A stretch of DNA of 64,000 nt from Malacoraja senta (GCA_038087875.1 CM075995.1:7256001-7320000); one strand, 5' to 3'. Positions 1-14,190 are shown, counted from the stretch's first letter. Translations and numbers: made by a program. The notes: generated by a model not told the origin, from the letters alone.

Positions 1-240
1 TTGAATGGCGGTGCAGGCTCGAAGGGCCGAATGGCCTACTCCTGCACCTATTTTCTATGTTTCTATGTTTCTAAAATATCAGAGCCACAGAGTGATGCAG
101 TGGAGACAGGCCGCTTCACCCCAACTTGCTCACCCCGGCCATCATGCCCCATCTACACTCGTCCCACCTGCCTGCCTTTGGCCCATATCCCTCCAAACCT
201 GTCTAATTGTCTCGTTTACGTTATGATAGTCCCTGCCACA

Positions 241-642
241 TAAGAGGGGGATCTTATTGAAACATATAAGATTATTAAGGGTTCGGACACGCTAGAGGCA
301 GGAAACATGTTCCCGATGTTGGGGGAGTCCAGAACCAGGGGCCACAGTTTAAGAATAAGGGGTAGGCCATTTAGAACGGAGGTGTGGAAACACTTTTTCA
401 CACAAAGAGTTGTGAGTCTGTGGAATTCTCTGCCTCAGAGGGCGGTGGAGGCCGGTTCTCTGGATACTTTCTAGAGAGGGCTTGATAGGACTCTTAAAGA
501 AAGCGGAGTCAGGGGATATGGGGAGAAGGCAGGAACGGGGTACGGATTGTGGATGATCAGCCATGATCACATTGAATGGCGGTGCTGGCTCGAAGGGCCG
601 AATGGCCTGCTCCGGAATCCATTGTCTATTGTCTATTGTCTA
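241..642 (+). mobile_element. CR1-clade LINE 3' fragment (ORF2 C-terminus + 3' UTR, TCTATTG tail)
   Basis: Reads RGDLIETYKIIKG...FFTQRVVSLWNSLP, the typical CR1 ORF2 end; 3' hairpin region followed by TCTATTG repeats; dozens of near-identical copies in the window. Confidence 0.85.
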
Positions 643-2439
643 ACTACCTCCTCTGGCAGCTCGTTCCATACACCCACCCTCCTCTATGTAAAAAAGCCGC
701 CCCTCAGGTTCCTATTAAATCTCTCCTCCCTCACCTCAAACCTATGTCCTCTGGTTCTCGATTCCAATACTCTAGGCAAGAGACTCTGTGCATTTACCCG
801 ATCTATTCCTCTCATATTCCTCTATAAGATCACCCCTCATCCTCCTGTGCTCCAAGGAATAAATTCCTAGCCTCTGCCTCAGGCCCTCGAGTCCTGGCAA
901 CATCCATGTAAAACTTCTCCGCACTCTTTCCCAGCTTGGCAACACCTTCCCTTTAACAGGGTACCAAAATGAATCTCAATTGGGAAGAACAGTGGGACAG
1001 TTTTCCAACAGAGAGTGGAGATTGAGAAACTCCTGGTTACAGGACATGAAAATACAAAATGACACTTCCTCATTCAAGAGTAATGCAAAGAAAGTCCTTC
1101 ATTAACATTAGTCAATGCGCACATTTCACCATCCTAAAGGGCCCAGTAACGTTATTGTAATCTGTCGAGTGCTTAACCTTACAAGAGCACAATTGCTGCC
1201 CACAGAGTCACACCGTTGTGGAAACCTTCGGCCCCACACCGGCCAACATGTCCCAGCTATAATAGTCCCACATTTGGCCCACATTTACTCTAGCTCTTCC
1301 TGTCATGGTTCTGTATGCCTCTGCAAAGATCTCCCCTCATCCTCCTGCACTCCAAGGGGATAAGATCCCAGCCTACTCAACCTCTCCCGATAGCTCGGAC
1401 CCTTGAGTCCTGGCGACATCCTCATAAATCTTCTCTTCACCCTTTATGGTTTAATCTTTTCAATGACAAAATCTGAACTCAACACTCTAAATGTGGCCTC
1501 GCCAACGTCTTATACAACTGCAAAATGACCTTCCAACTACTCTACTCAATCAATCAAAAAATAAAAAAAACCTTATTGTCATTCAGAAATACATCAGTAA
1601 ATGCAATTCTAAACGGAATTTCGTTGCATCCGGCTCCCCGCGCAACACAAACATAACAGAAGGATTAAATGGATAAAAAGATAAAATGGATAAAAAGATC
1701 AAATAGATAATGGTGGCGGCACATTACATGGCATTCAAGAGTCTGATGGCTCGGGGGAAGAAGCTGTTGCAAAACCTGGCCATTCTGCTCCTTATACTGT
1801 GATACCTTTTGCCCGAGAGCAGCAGAGTGTACAGTCCATGATGGAGATGTGGAATGGAATGCTATTTATTGTCATTCAAACCTAGGTTTGAACGAAATTT
1901 CATTTACTACAGTTTTTACATTACAAAACCCCCCCCAAAAAACCCAAGACCCACACTTAACACAGTTTACACAAACATCCATCACAGTGAGTCTCCAACA
2001 CCTCCTCACTGTGATGGAAGGCAAAGTCTTATCTCTTCCCTTTGTTCTTCACCCGCGGTCCAGCAGTCCAACTGCAGCGTCTAGGCGAACTGGGGCTTCG
2101 GTGTTAAAGCCCCCGGCGGACGATGGTAAGTCCTGTGTCCATTTAGCCACGCCGGGCGATGTTAGGCCCCGGCTCCGTGTCCTTTAACCCCGCGGTTCAA
2201 GCGGGAGAAGTTGCCGTTGCGGGAGCTCCGAAAAGCGGTCGTCTCCCACCAGGGACCCGCGAGCTCCCGATGTTCCCGTCCACCGGGCATGCGGCCGGAG
2301 CTTCCGAAACTCCAAAGTCGGGTCGCAGCCGAGCGCCACCACAGCTCTCCCCGCTCCGAAGACGGCCAGCCGTGGGGTCCTCTATAATACTGCTGGCCTT
2401 AGACAAGCAACGTTTGCTCGCAATGTCCCCGATTGAGAG

Positions 2440-2830
2440 GAGAGAAGTCCCGATGGTTTATTTCAGCCGTCCTCACCACTCACTGCACGGACTTCCAGTC
2501 GGAGGCTTTGCAGTCCCCAAACCAGACAGAGATGCAGCTGGTCAAAATGCTCTCTACGGTGCCCTGTAGAAAGTGGTGAGGACGGCATGGGGGGGGGGTG
2601 AGCTCTTCTCATCCGGCACAGAAAGTGCAACCGCTGCTGCGCTTTCTTAACTAACGATGTGATGTTTTGTGACCAGGGCAGACTGTTCGTGATCTGCACC
2701 CCCAGGAACCTAGTGCTACTGACCAACTCCACATCGCTGTCATTAATGTGAAGTGGTGTGTGACTGTGCCGGTTTCTCCTGAAGTCGACGATGACCTCCT
2801 TTGTTTTTTCGACATTCAGGATCAAATTGT
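2440..2830 (-). mobile_element. Rex1/Babar-like LINE RT fragment
   Basis: ORF track: NLILNVEKTKEVIVDFRR...FLGVQITNSLPW...KKAQQRLHFL, motifs of the late RT region of Rex1-type elements. Confidence 0.75.
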
Positions 2831-5079
2831 TAGTACTCTGTACTCTGACTGATGAAGGCCAATGTGCCAAAAGCCTGTGATGACATTTTCTCCTTCGTAT
2901 GAATGCAGGAAGAGTCAAGAGTGTTTTATTGTCATGTCCCAAACAGAGCAATAACATTCTTACTTACAGCACATCGTACTCCGTAGATAATACAATACAT
3001 GTTCAGTATATGTAAAATGTCAGTATAAATAAACATATATATCTATATGTTTATATATGTTTGCAGGGAAGAAGCAGTTCCTGAACCTGGACGTTACAGT
3101 TTTCAGGCTCCTGTACCTTCTTCCCCGATGGCAGGGGTCAGGGTGGTGTGGGTCTCTGATGATGCTGGCTGCCCTTTTTGAGGCAGTGACTCCTGTAGAT
3201 CCCTTCGATGGTGGGGAGGTCAGTACCCGTGATGGACCGGGCAGGGTTCACCACTTTTTACAGTCTTCTTAGCAACACCAATGGAATCTTCGATGGGTTC
3301 ATAGATTCTAGGAGCAGAATTAGGCCATTCGGCCCATCAAGTCTACTCTGCCATTCAATCACGGCTGAACTATCTTTCCCTCTCAACCCCGTTCTCCTGC
3401 CTTTTCCCGTAACCCCTGACCTCCGTACTAATCAAGAATCTGTCAATCTCCGAAGATAGGCGCAAAAAGCTGGAGTAACTCGGCGAGTCAGACAAAGTCT
3501 CTGGAGAAAAGGAATAGGTGATGATTTGGGTGGAGACACAGTCTGATGTATTCAAGAGAGAGTTAGATTTAGCTCTTAGGGCTACTGGAATCAAGGGATA
3601 TGGGGGAAGAGCAGGAACGGGGTACAGATTGTGGATGATCAGCCATGATCATATTGAATGACGGTGCTGGCGCGAAGGGCCGAATGGCCTACTCCTGCAT
3701 CTATTTTCTATCTTTCTATTCCTTTTCTCCAGAGATGCTGTCTGACCCGCTGAGTTACTCCAGTTATTTATGTCCATCCAGTTTAAACCACCATCTGCAG
3801 TTCCTTCCTACAGATCTGTCTATCTCCGATGTGCTAGAAACATAGAAAATAGGTGCAGGAGGCCATTCGGCCCTTCGAGCCAGCACCGTCATTCATTGTG
3901 ATCATGGCTGATGGTCCCCAATCAATAACCCGTGCCTGCCTTCTCCCCATATCCCTTGACTCCACTAGCCCCTAGAGCTCTATCTAACTCTCTCTTAAAT
4001 CCATCCAGTGACTTGGCCTCCGCTGCCCTCTGTGGCAGGGAATTCCATAAATTCACAACTCTCTGGGTGAAAAAGTTTTTCCTCACCTTAGTCTTAAATG
4101 ACCTCCCTTTATTCTAAGACTGTGGCCCCTGGTTCTGGACTCGCCCAACATTGGGACCATTTTTCCTGCATCTAGCTTGTCCAGTCCGTTTATAATTTGC
4201 TAGAGAAAGAACTGTGGTAGTGGGTGGAAGAGAGACTGTTCCACCTGTGCATCAAGAGGCAGGTGTAGCTAGAGTCCCCGTGGTATACCAGTCCCCGAAG
4301 CCACACTTTTGATTTGAAGGAAGCGTGTGGAGTTGAAGTTGTAAGCAGAGTCATACAGTGATACAGCGTGGGAAACAGGCCCTTCGGCCCAACTCGCCAA
4401 CACCGGCCAACATGTCCCAGCTACACTAGTCCTGCCTGCCTGCGCTTGGTCCATATCCCTCCAAACCTGTCCTATCCATGTACCTGTCTAACTGTTTCTT
4501 AAACGATGGGATAGTCCCACCTCCTCTGGCAGCTTGTTCCATACACCCACCACCCTTTGTGTGAAAAAGTGACCCCTCAGATTCCTATTAAATCTTTTCC
4601 CCATCACCTTGAACCTATGTCCATTGGTCCTCCGAATTCCCTACTCTGGGCAAGAGACACTGTGCATCCACCCGATCTATTCCTCTCATGATAGCGAATT
4701 GTGTGGCTATTCTGAACCTTCGGCTGAAGGTGCAATCGTTAGTTAGCACACCCTTTAAAACATCCTTAGACTTGAATGATTACGCCTCAGAATCCTTCCA
4801 GGTTGCCATGGAGAACTCAAAGAAGGTAAATCTTTCTTCAAGGCACCCTCAGAACAACAGTATTACAAAGCCTCGACTCAAAATTCTCACTACAATAAGG
4901 ATGCATTGGCAGGATTCCCAGAACCACTGCTTTGTGACAGTTTCCAAGGATTCAGAGCATCATTGTTCGGTTTAGATATTTTGGGTGGAAATAGGCCCTT
5001 CGGCCCACCGAGTCCGTGCCGACCAGCGATCGCTCGCACCCTAGTTCTATGTTATCCCAGATTCGCAACCAACACACTG

Positions 5080-5385
5080 GGCGGCACAGTGGTGCAGCGG
5101 TAGAGTTGCTGCCTCACAGCGCCAGAGACACGGGTTCGATCCTGACTACGGGTGCTGTCTGCACGGAGTTTGTACGGTCTCCCACGTGGGTTTTCTCCAG
5201 GTGCTCAGGTTTGCTCCCACACACCAAAGGTGTCCAGGTTTGTAGGTTAATTGGCTTGGTACAATTGTAAATTGTCACTAGTGTGTGTTGGATAGCGTTA
5301 GTGTGCGGGGATCGCTGGTCGGCGCGGACCCGGTGGGCCGAATGGCCTGTTTCTGTGCTATTATCTCTAAACTAAACTAAACTAA
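5080..5385 (+). mobile_element. tRNA-derived V-SINE (HE1-type), full length
   Basis: Box A-like GGTGCAGCGG, box B GGTTCGATCC, central V-domain-like core, CR1-derived tail GGGCCGAA..CCTGTTTC ending in (CTAAA)n. Confidence 0.85.
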
Positions 5386-5892
5386 AAAAAATTAATGCAC
5401 GAAAAGGTGTATCTGAGCAATAGGATCTATACTGGGATGAGATGCACATATTTCTGTGATCTCCTTGATAGAGTCATAGAGTGATCCAGTGTGGAAACAG
5501 GCCCCTCGGCACAACTTGCCCACAACTTGCCCACAACAATGTCCCAGCTGCACTAGTCCCACCTGCCTGCGCTTGGTTCATATCCCTCCAAACGTGTCCC
5601 ATCCATGTACCTGTCTAATTGTTTCTTAAACGTTGGGATAGTCCCAGCCTCAACTACCTCCTCTGGCAGCTTGTTCTACACCCATCACCCTCTGTGTGAA
5701 TACTTCAGTCCATTACAATATCCACCAGGACTATGTGATCAGGTTAGTGAATACTGTTTTGTCTGTGTCAAGCTGACTAGACTCTTGTCAAAAATGCAAA
5801 GCAAACACTGGAAATAGAAAATAAAACCAAATAAGTGCTGGCATGTAATATCTCAGATATTGGATCTGCAGATGCTGGTTGACACAAAAAAA

Positions 5893-6162
5893 AGACACAA
5901 AATGCTGGAGTAACTCAGCGGGTCAGGCAGCATCTGTGGGGAACATGGATAGGTGACGTTTCACAGAGTGCTGGAGTAACTCAGCGGGTCAGGCAGCATC
6001 TGTGGGAGAACATGGATAGGTGACGTTTCACAGAGTGCTGGAATTAACTCAGCGGGTCAGGCAGCATCTGTGGGGAACATGGATAGGTGACGTTTCACAG
6101 AGTGCTGGAGTAACTCAGCGGGTCAGGCAGCATCTGTGGGGAACATGGATAGGTGACGTTTT
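5893..6162. repeat. ~64-bp tandem repeat x4 derived from the Penelope pseudo-LTR element
   Basis: Unit CACAGAGTGCTGGAGTAACTCAGCGGGTCAGGCAGCATCTGTGGGGAACATGGATAGGTGACGTTT repeated four times. Confidence 0.9.
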
Positions 6163-6700
6163 GGGTTTGGTACAAGTTTCTTCATACAAGTTCACTACCG
6201 ATTTTCCGGCACCCTTGGTCCCAGACCCTTGACAGATTATCCTTTTTGCCAGACCGACAGAGGTCACGGCCTCCGAGAGGAGTCCGACGGTACCAGAACG
6301 TTCCGTCCAGGTCGCCGAGGGGCCGAGATAACGGCCGCAAAGTCGGCCTCGGGAGTCGGCGATGGGAACGGATCTGCCGGCTCCGGCTGGGCCGGAGTTC
6401 CAGAGCCCCGGCCGCAGGGGGGGCAAATTCCACCCGCCGATCGGCCGCGGAAGTCCCGATGAGGTCGAGATCGGACGCCTGGGTGCCACATTTTCGGGGA
6501 GACTTCTGGGCTCGTAAAGGTAGCGGAGTCAGGGGATATGGGGAGAAGGCAGGAACGGGGGTACTGATTGGGGATGATCAGCCATGATCACATTGAATGG
6601 CAGTGCTGGCTGGAAGGGCCGAATGGCCTGCTCCTGGCTCCACCTATTGTCTATTGTCAGCGGGTCAGGCAGCATCTGTGGAGAACATGGATAGTGACGT

Positions 6701-7166
6701 TTCGCCGAACACCTCCGGTCGGTCCGCAATAACCAACCTGAACTCCCGGTGGCTCAGCACTTCAACTCCCCCTCCCATTCCGTATCTGACCTCTCTGTCC
6801 TGGGTCTCCTCCATGGCCACAGCGAGCAACACCGTAAATTGGAGGAAATGCACCTCATATTCCGCTTGGGCAGTCTACATCCTGGGGGTTTGAACATTGA
6901 ATTCTCCCAATTCTGCTAGCCCTTGCTGTCCCCTCCCCTTCATCAGCCCTCTGGTTGTCTCCTCCCCCTCCCCCAGCCCTCGGGCTCCTCCTCCGCCTTT
7001 TTCCTTTTTTCCTTTCTTCTCCCCACCCCCTATCAGTCTGAAGAAGGGTTTCGGCCCGAAACGTTACCTATTTCCTTCGCTCCATGGATGCTGCTGCACC
7101 CGCTGAGTTTCTCCAGCATTTTTGTGTACCTTCGATTTTCCAGCATCTGCAGTTCCTTCTTTAACA
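6701..7166 (+). mobile_element. Penelope-like element 3' fragment: GIY-YIG endonuclease C-terminus + pseudo-LTR
   Basis: My translation of 6701-6919: FAEHLRSVRNNQPELPVAQHFNSPSHSVSDLSVLGLLHGHSEQHRKLEEMHLIFRLGSLHPGGLNIEFSQFC*, with the PLE hallmarks EH..VA.HF..H..R..E..I..L...P.GLN; followed by a pyrimidine tract and the CTGAAGA..GAAAC motif. Confidence 0.85.
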
Positions 7167-7427
7167 CCTATTGTCTATTGTCTATCGATTTCCCATCAGG
7201 CTACAGTAATTACTGGCAATGCAAAATTGCTTCTCCATAATCTGGCATCTTTAACGTAACCAGATTAAATGATGTCACATGACATATAAAGCTTTTTCAT
7301 TCCGACTCGATGACTCACTTGGAATGACATCATTGGCACAATGTAGAGATTTTGATTTAGTGTGAAACAGAGATCGGTTGAATTACTGGGATACGAATGA
7401 AATCATGTCAATACTGACAGAATGAAC

Positions 7428-7737
7428 AGGGCGGCATGGTAGCGCAGTGGTAGAGTTGCTGCCTCACAGCGCCAGAGACCCGGGTTCCATCCTGACTACG
7501 GGTGCTGTCTGTACGGAGCATGTACCTTCTCCCCATGGGTTTACTCCGAGATCTTCGGTTTCCTCCCACACTCCAAAGACGTGCAGGTTTGTAGGTTCAT
7601 TGGCTTGATGTAAGTGTAAAATTGTCCCTGGTGCGCGTACGATAGTGTCAATGTGCAGGGACCCGCTGGTCGGTGCGGATTCGACAGGCCGAATGGCCTG
7701 TTTCCACGCTGTATCTAAAAACAACGCTAAACTAAAA
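7428..7737 (+). mobile_element. HE1-type V-SINE
   Basis: Same head/core/tail layout as 5080-5385. Confidence 0.8.
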
Positions 7738-7903
7738 ACGTGCAGGAAGGAACTGCAGATGCTGGTTTTCATCGAAGACAGACAGACACAAAATGCTGGA
7801 GTAACTCAGCAGGACAGGCAGCAGCTCTGGAGAGAAGGAATGGGTGACGTTTCAGTTAGGTTTATTGACACGCGTACTGAGGTACAGTGAAAAGCTTGGG
7901 GTC

Positions 7904-7940
7904 AAGTCTGAAGAAGGGTCTCGACCCGAAACGTCACCCA
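7904..7940 (+). ncRNA. Minimal hammerhead ribozyme-like motif in PLE pseudo-LTR
   Basis: CUGAAGA-A-GGGUCUCGACCC-GAAAC-GUC: catalytic core, stem II, palindromic ACGU stem III, GUC cleavage triplet; stem I weak. Confidence 0.55.
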
Positions 7941-7969
7941 TTCCTTCTCTCCAGAGATGCTGCCTGTTC

Positions 7970-8395
7970 AGTTTAGTTCAGTTCAGTTTAGTTTATTGTC
8001 ATGTTTACCGAGGTAGAGTGACAAGCTTTTGGTTGCGTGCCAACCAGTCAGCAGAAAGACAATACATGATTCCAATCGATCCATTTACAGTGTACAGATA
8101 CATGATAAGGGAATAACGTTCAGTGTAAGGTAAAGCCAGCAAAGTCCAATCAAGGATAGTGCGAGGGTCATGAAAGAGGTAGATGGTAGTTCAGCACCGC
8201 TCTCTGGTTGTGGTAGGATGATTCAGCTGCCTGATAACAGCTGGGAAGAAACTGCTCCTGAATCTGGAGGTGTGTGCGTTTTCACACTTCTGTACCTTTT
8301 TTGCCCGATGGGAGAGGGGAGAAGAGGGAGCGGCCAGGAGTGCGCCTCGCCTTTGATTATGCTGCTGTGGCCGTGCCCCGGGCAGCGTGAAGTAC
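7970..8395 (-). mobile_element. Rex1/Babar-like LINE 3' end with (CTAAA/CTGAA)n tail
   Basis: Encodes ...AHTSRFRSSFFPAVIRQLN; same 3' UTR recurs near 23300, 25030, 39725, 45370 and 46140. Confidence 0.7.
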
Positions 8396-9814
8396 GCCTG
8401 TCCCGCTGAGTTACTCCAGCATTGTGTGCTCAAATACAGACAAATATGGCAATCAATATTTCTCTGCGATTTTAGTGGTGCAGAAATGGGATCAGGGGAG
8501 ATATAATTCTTGTTCTGGCAATTAACTCATCAGATTGATGCCCTCCGAATCAACGTTCTCCTCTGAGATACACGTTGGATCTAAAAGCATCAGATGCGGA
8601 CGGACTGGAAAATGCAGCAACATTTACTGCAGGCTTCAGGAAAAAACAGAACGAATGATTAATATGTTTACAGCAGAATGAGGTCAAAAGATCACCAGCC
8701 ACTATTTGGCATTCCATACATGTGCCAAATAGTTTTCAGTTTACAGGATTCTTTCGTGGGATGTGTTTTTTCAAAGGTTCCTCGCCCATTTTAATTAAGT
8801 ATATTTTTATATACTTCCTGTGAAAACCTGGTAGAATTCATTTCCACGAGTTTAGTTTAGTTCAGAGGAAACAGGCCCTTCGGCCCACCGGGTCCGCGCC
8901 GACCAGCGATCCCCCGTACGCTAGCGTTCTCCCACGCACACACTAGGGACTATTGGAGCAATCTTTACCAAAGCCAATCAGCCTACAAAGTTGGACGTCC
9001 TTGGAGAGTGGGAGGAAAACGGAGCACCCGGGGAAAAGCCACGCGGGTCACGGGGAGAGCGTGCAAACTCCGTACAGGCAGCACCCGTAGTCAGGATCAA
9101 ACCCGGGTCTGTGGCGCTGTGAGGCAGCAACTCTACCGCTGCGCCACCTGCGTGCAAGTTTGTTTTGTTTCTGTCATGCTCTCCGAGGTACAGTGAAAAG
9201 TGTTTTTGTTGCGTGCTATCCTGTCCTACCAAGTCCAATAAAAGATAGTCAATAGACAATAGGTGCAGGAGTAGGCTATTCGGCCCTCTGTCATGGTCAC
9301 CGCCATTCAACGTGATCATGGCTGATCATCCCCAATCAGTACCACGTTCGTGCCATCTCCCCATATCCCCTGACTCTGCTGTCCTTAAGAGCCCTATCTA
9401 GCTCTCTCTTGAAAGCATCCAGAGAACCGGCCTCCACCGCCCTCTGAGGCAGAGAATTCCACAGACTCACCACTCTCTGTGAGAAAAAGTGTTTCCTCGT
9501 CTCCGTTCTAAATGGCTCACTCCTTATTCTTGAACTGTGGCCCCTGGTTCTGGACTCCCCAACATCGGGAACATGTTTTCCTGCCTCTAGTGTGTCCAAG
9601 CCCTTAACAATCTTATATGTCTCAATAAGATCCCCTCTCATCCTTCTCAATTATTTCGAGTATTTGTCTCAGATCTCTACAACAGTCACCGAGAAGAATA
9701 TTACCTCAAAATCAAGAGGGGAACAGATTGGGTAGACACACAGAGACTCTTCCTCAGAGTCGGGGAATCGAGAATCCAGAGGACATAGGTTTCTGTCCCC
9801 CCCCCCCCCCCCAT

Positions 9815-10350
9815 AGATCCCCTAATTTGAGGAAGGACACTCTTGCTATTGAGGGAGTGCAGCGTAGGTTCACAAGGTTAATTCCCGGGATGGCGGGGGA
9901 CTGTCATATGCTGAGAGAATGGAGCAGCTGGGCTTGTGCACTCTGGAGTTTAGAAGGATGAGAGGGTATATCATTGTAATATATAAGATTGGTAAGGGCT
10001 TGGACACGCTAGAGGCAGGAAACATGTTCCCGATGTTGGGGAGTCCAGAACCAGGGGCCACAGTTTAAGAATAAGGAGTAAGCCATTTAGAACGGAGATG
10101 AGGGAAACACTTTTCTCACAGAGAGTGGTGAGTCTGTGGAATTCTCTGCCTCAGAGGGCGGTGGAGGCAGGTTCTCTGGATGCTTTCAAGAGAGAGCTAG
10201 ATAGGGCTCTTAAAGATAGCGGAGTCAGGGGATATGGGGAGAAGGCAGGAACGGGGTACTGATTGGGGGATGATCAGCCATGATCACATTGAATGGCGGT
10301 GCTGGCTCGAAGGGCCGAATGGCCTACTCCTGCACCTATTGTTTATTGTC
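9815..10350 (+). mobile_element. CR1-clade LINE 3' fragment
   Basis: [26 protein letters not shown]... through the 3' UTR; inverted relative to the copy at 9245-9650. Confidence 0.85.
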
Positions 10351-11043
10351 CCCACACACTAGCAACATCCTCAACACTCGGCAACATTTTACATTTATAC
10401 CGAGCCAATGAACCCACAAACACGCAGGTCTTTTGGAGTGTGGAAGGAGTCCGAAAACCTACGCGGGTCACGGGGAGAACGTACTAACTCCGTACAGACA
10501 GCGCCCGGAGTCAGGATCGAACCGGGGTCTCTGGCGCTGTCAGGCAGTAGCTCTACCGCTGTGGCACCGTGCTGGACAGATGTAGCAGTGTATGGAACAT
10601 CCTGGCATCGAGCTGCTCAGTAAAACCTGCAGCTCCATCCCAGCCCGTTTGTATTGTCCTGCGAACACATGCAAATAATTGACAAAACCTCACAGTTTGT
10701 TACCACGGAAGATCCATTTCTTTCATCAGTAGTTCTCATGGCCCGGCAGTTTTGTTTAGTTTTAGAGATTGCAGCGTGGAAACAGGTCCTTCGGCAAAGT
10801 CCACTCTGACCAGCGATCCCCGCACACCAACGCTATCCTACTGACCGGCTGAGTTACTCCAGCATTTTGTGTCTATCTTCGGTGTAAACCAGCATCTGCA
10901 CTTCCTTCCTACACTGTACTGTTCTATGTTTTGTGATGTACATGCGGTCCAAATGTGTACAACTCGGAGATCGAAGGAGTTTGCAGAGTTTGGGGCGGCA
11001 CGGTGGCACAGTGGTAGAGTTACTGCCTTACAACGCCAGAGAT

Positions 11044-11545
11044 GTCAGTGTGTATGCCTGTGTGTGTGTGTACGTGTGTGTGTCAGTCTGTATGCCTGTC
11101 TGTGAATATTTGTGTGTGTGTGTGTGTCAGTGTGTATGCCTGTATGTGAACATTTGTGTGTATGTGTGTGAGTGTACGTGTGTGTCAGTGTGTATATTCT
11201 TGTGTATATATTTGGGTGTGTGTATGTGTCAGTGTGTGAGCCTGTGTACCTGTGTGTGTGTGTGTGTCATTGTGTGTGTCAGTGTGTCGTGTACGTGTGT
11301 GTCAGTATGTATGCCTGTATGTGAATACTTGTGTGTACGTGTGCCTGTGTCAGTGTGTATATTTGTGTGTATACATTTGCGTGTGCATATGTGTCAGTGT
11401 GTGTGCCTGCGTACCTGTGTGCGTGAGTCAGTGTGTGTGCACGTGTGTATATGTGTGTGTGTGTGAGTCAGTGTGTTTGCCTGTGTGTGTATATGTGTGT
11501 GTGTACGTGTGTGTGTGTGTGTCAGTGTGTGTGCACGTGTGTATA

Positions 11546-11576
<31 letters not shown>

Positions 11577-11893
11577 CAGTGTGTTTGCCTGTGTGTGTAT
11601 ATGTGTGAGTGAGTCAGTGTGTTTGCCTGTGTGTGTATATGTGTGTGTGTGTACGTGTGTGTGTGTGTGTCAGTGTGTGTGCACGTGTGTATATGTGTGT
11701 GTGTGTGTATATGTGTGTGTGAGTCAGTGTGTTTGCCTGTGTGTGTATATGTGTGTGTGAGTCAGTGTGTTTGCCTGTGTGTGTATATGTGTGTGTGTGT
11801 GTACGTGTGTGTGTCAGTGTGTGTGCACGTGTGTATATGTGTGTGTGTGTGTATATGTGTGTGTGAGTCAGTGTGTTTGCCTGTGTGTGTATA

Positions 11894-11924
<31 letters not shown>

Positions 11925-12058
11925 CAGTGTGTGTGCACGTGTGTATATGTGTGTGTGTGTACATGTGTGTGTGTGTGTGTCAGTGTGTTTGCCTGTGTGT
12001 GTATATGTGTGTGTGGCAGTGTGTATGCCAGTGTGTGTGTGCACATGTGTGTGTGCCT
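11044..12058. repeat. Compound (GT)n-based microsatellite/minisatellite
   Basis: ~1 kb of GT dinucleotides with recurring GTCAGT, TTGCCT, GTATAT, GCAC interruptions; starts inside a SINE head. Confidence 0.95.
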
Positions 12059-13597
12059 GGTTGTATACAGGGGAAGGCCAGAGCAATGAAAAGGGAAGCT
12101 ATAGTAACGATGACCACACATAATTGTGGGTACAAGCGTCACGAGGACAGGAGTTGCAGCTGATTGTGTTTGTGAGCAGTAGAATGGAGTAAGAGTCAGA
12201 GTTTTACAGCACTTAGTAGATCTTACACAGCATTGGAATTTGCTATGGCACGATTCCCAGCTGCTGGGCCAATCATTGATCATGTACGGCCTGTTCTCTT
12301 GGCACCTCCCAGGCCACTTAATTGTAGCCTGCGTGTCTTTCTGCCGCCTCTGGTGCAGAGGGCATAAGTTCACAAGCCACAGCAGCAGAAGTAGGCCATT
12401 CGGCCCTTCAAGTCTTCGACGCCATTCGATCAATGGCTGATCTATCTCTCCTTCACGACCCCATTCTCCTGCCTTCGAATCTGACAATCTCCGCCTTGAA
12501 AACACCCATGACTTGGCCTCCACAGCCGTCTGTGGCAATGAATTCCACAGATTCACCGCCCTCTGCGTTTTAAAAAAAAATCTTCCTATCACATTTATTC
12601 ACAGAGTCAGGAGTCATACAGGCCCTTCGGCCCAACTTGCCCATACCGGCCAACATATCTCATCTACACATCAAGAGAGAGCTAGATAGGGCTCTTAAAA
12701 ATAGCAGAGTCAGGGGATATGGGGAGAAGGCAGGAACGGGGTACTGATTGGGGATGATCAGCCATGATCACATTGAATGGCGGTGCTGGCTCGAAGGGCC
12801 GAATGGCCTACTCCTGCACCTATTGTCTATTGTCTAAAACAAGTTCCACCTGCCTGCGTTAGTTTAGCCCCTCTAATCCTGTCCTGTCCGATGTACCTGT
12901 CTAAAATTCAAACCAAATACGATCAGATAAAAATACCCAACGACTTGGCTCCACAGCCGCCTGTTTCTCCTCATGTCCTTTCTCTGCAGCGTTTCCAACT
13001 TGACAACGTCTTTCAACATTGCACCAAGCCAGACGTCTCCCCTGTGTTAGTCCACACCTACTTATGGCCGTGCAGCCTGGAAACGAGATTTAGTTACAAT
13101 TCTAGTGGAGGATGGTGAACCTGTGGAATTCATTGCCACAGACGGCCGTGGAGGCCAAGTCATTGGGTAATTTTAAAGCGGAGATTGATAGGTTTTTGAT
13201 TAGTAGTGAGGTCAAAGGTGACAGGGGGAAGGCAGAGAATGGGTTGAGAGGGAACGATAGATCAGCAGGGTAGACTCGATGGGCTGAATGGCCTATTTAT
13301 GCTCCTGTATCTGATGGTCCCGATGTTTCCTTAAATAGCCGTCGTCACAGATCCCAATAATTACTAACACAATTTAGTTTCAGTTTTTTAGATTTAGAGT
13401 TAAAGCACGGAAACAGGCCCTTGACCCACTGAGTCCACCCCGACCATCCTTCACTCGTTCACACTAGTTCCAAGTATTCCATTTTCGCATCCACTCCCGA
13501 CACATTAGGGGGAGTTTGCCGAAGCCAATAACCTACAAACCCGCACGTCTTTGGGACGTGGGAGGAAAGTGGAGAACCCGGAGGAAACCCACGCAGT

Positions 13598-14190
13598 TGG
13601 GAAAAGGGGAAGTACAACGACATCTGGGGGTCCTTGTACATCAGTCTATGAAAGTAAGCGTGCAGGTACAGCAGGCAGTGAAGAAAGCGAATGGCATGTT
13701 GGCCTTTATAACAAGAGGAATCGAATATAGCAGCAAAGAGGTCCTTCTGCAGTTGTACAGAGCCCTAGTGAGACCACACCTGGAGTATTGTGTGCAGTTT
13801 TGGTCCCCTAATTTGAGGAAGGACATTCTTGCTATTGAGGGAGTGCAGCGTAGGTTTACAAGGTTAATTCCCGGGATGGCGGGACTGTCATATGCTGAGA
13901 GAATGGAGCAGCTGGGCTTGTACACTCTGGAGTTTAGAAGGATGAGAGGGGATCTCATTGAACTATATAAGATTGTTAAGGGTTTGGACACGCTAGACCA
14001 GGAAACATGTTCCCGATGTTGGGGGAGTCCAGAACCAGGGGCCACAGTTTAAGAATAAGGGGTAAGCCATTTAGAACGGAGACGAGGAAACACTTTTTCT
14101 CACAGAGAGTGGTGAGTCTGTGGAATTCTCTGCCTCAGAGGGCGGTGGAGGCAGGTTCTCTGGATGCTTTCAAGGGAGAGCTAGATAAAT
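13598..14190 (+). mobile_element. CR1-clade LINE ORF2 fragment
   Basis: QRHLGVLVHQSMKVSVQVQQAVKKANGMLAFI...[19 protein letters not shown]. Confidence 0.9.

Noticed and set aside
5080..5150. tRNA genes
   Set aside because: A/B boxes belong to SINE heads that continue into SINE core and tail; no complete cloverleaf
6183..6500. GC-rich segment as a promoter CpG island
   Set aside because: Short, embedded among TE fragments, and its start resembles a DNA-transposon end; more likely a truncated young element, family unresolved
10933..12592. Cys/Val- and His/Thr-rich ORFs
   Set aside because: Translations of a GT microsatellite
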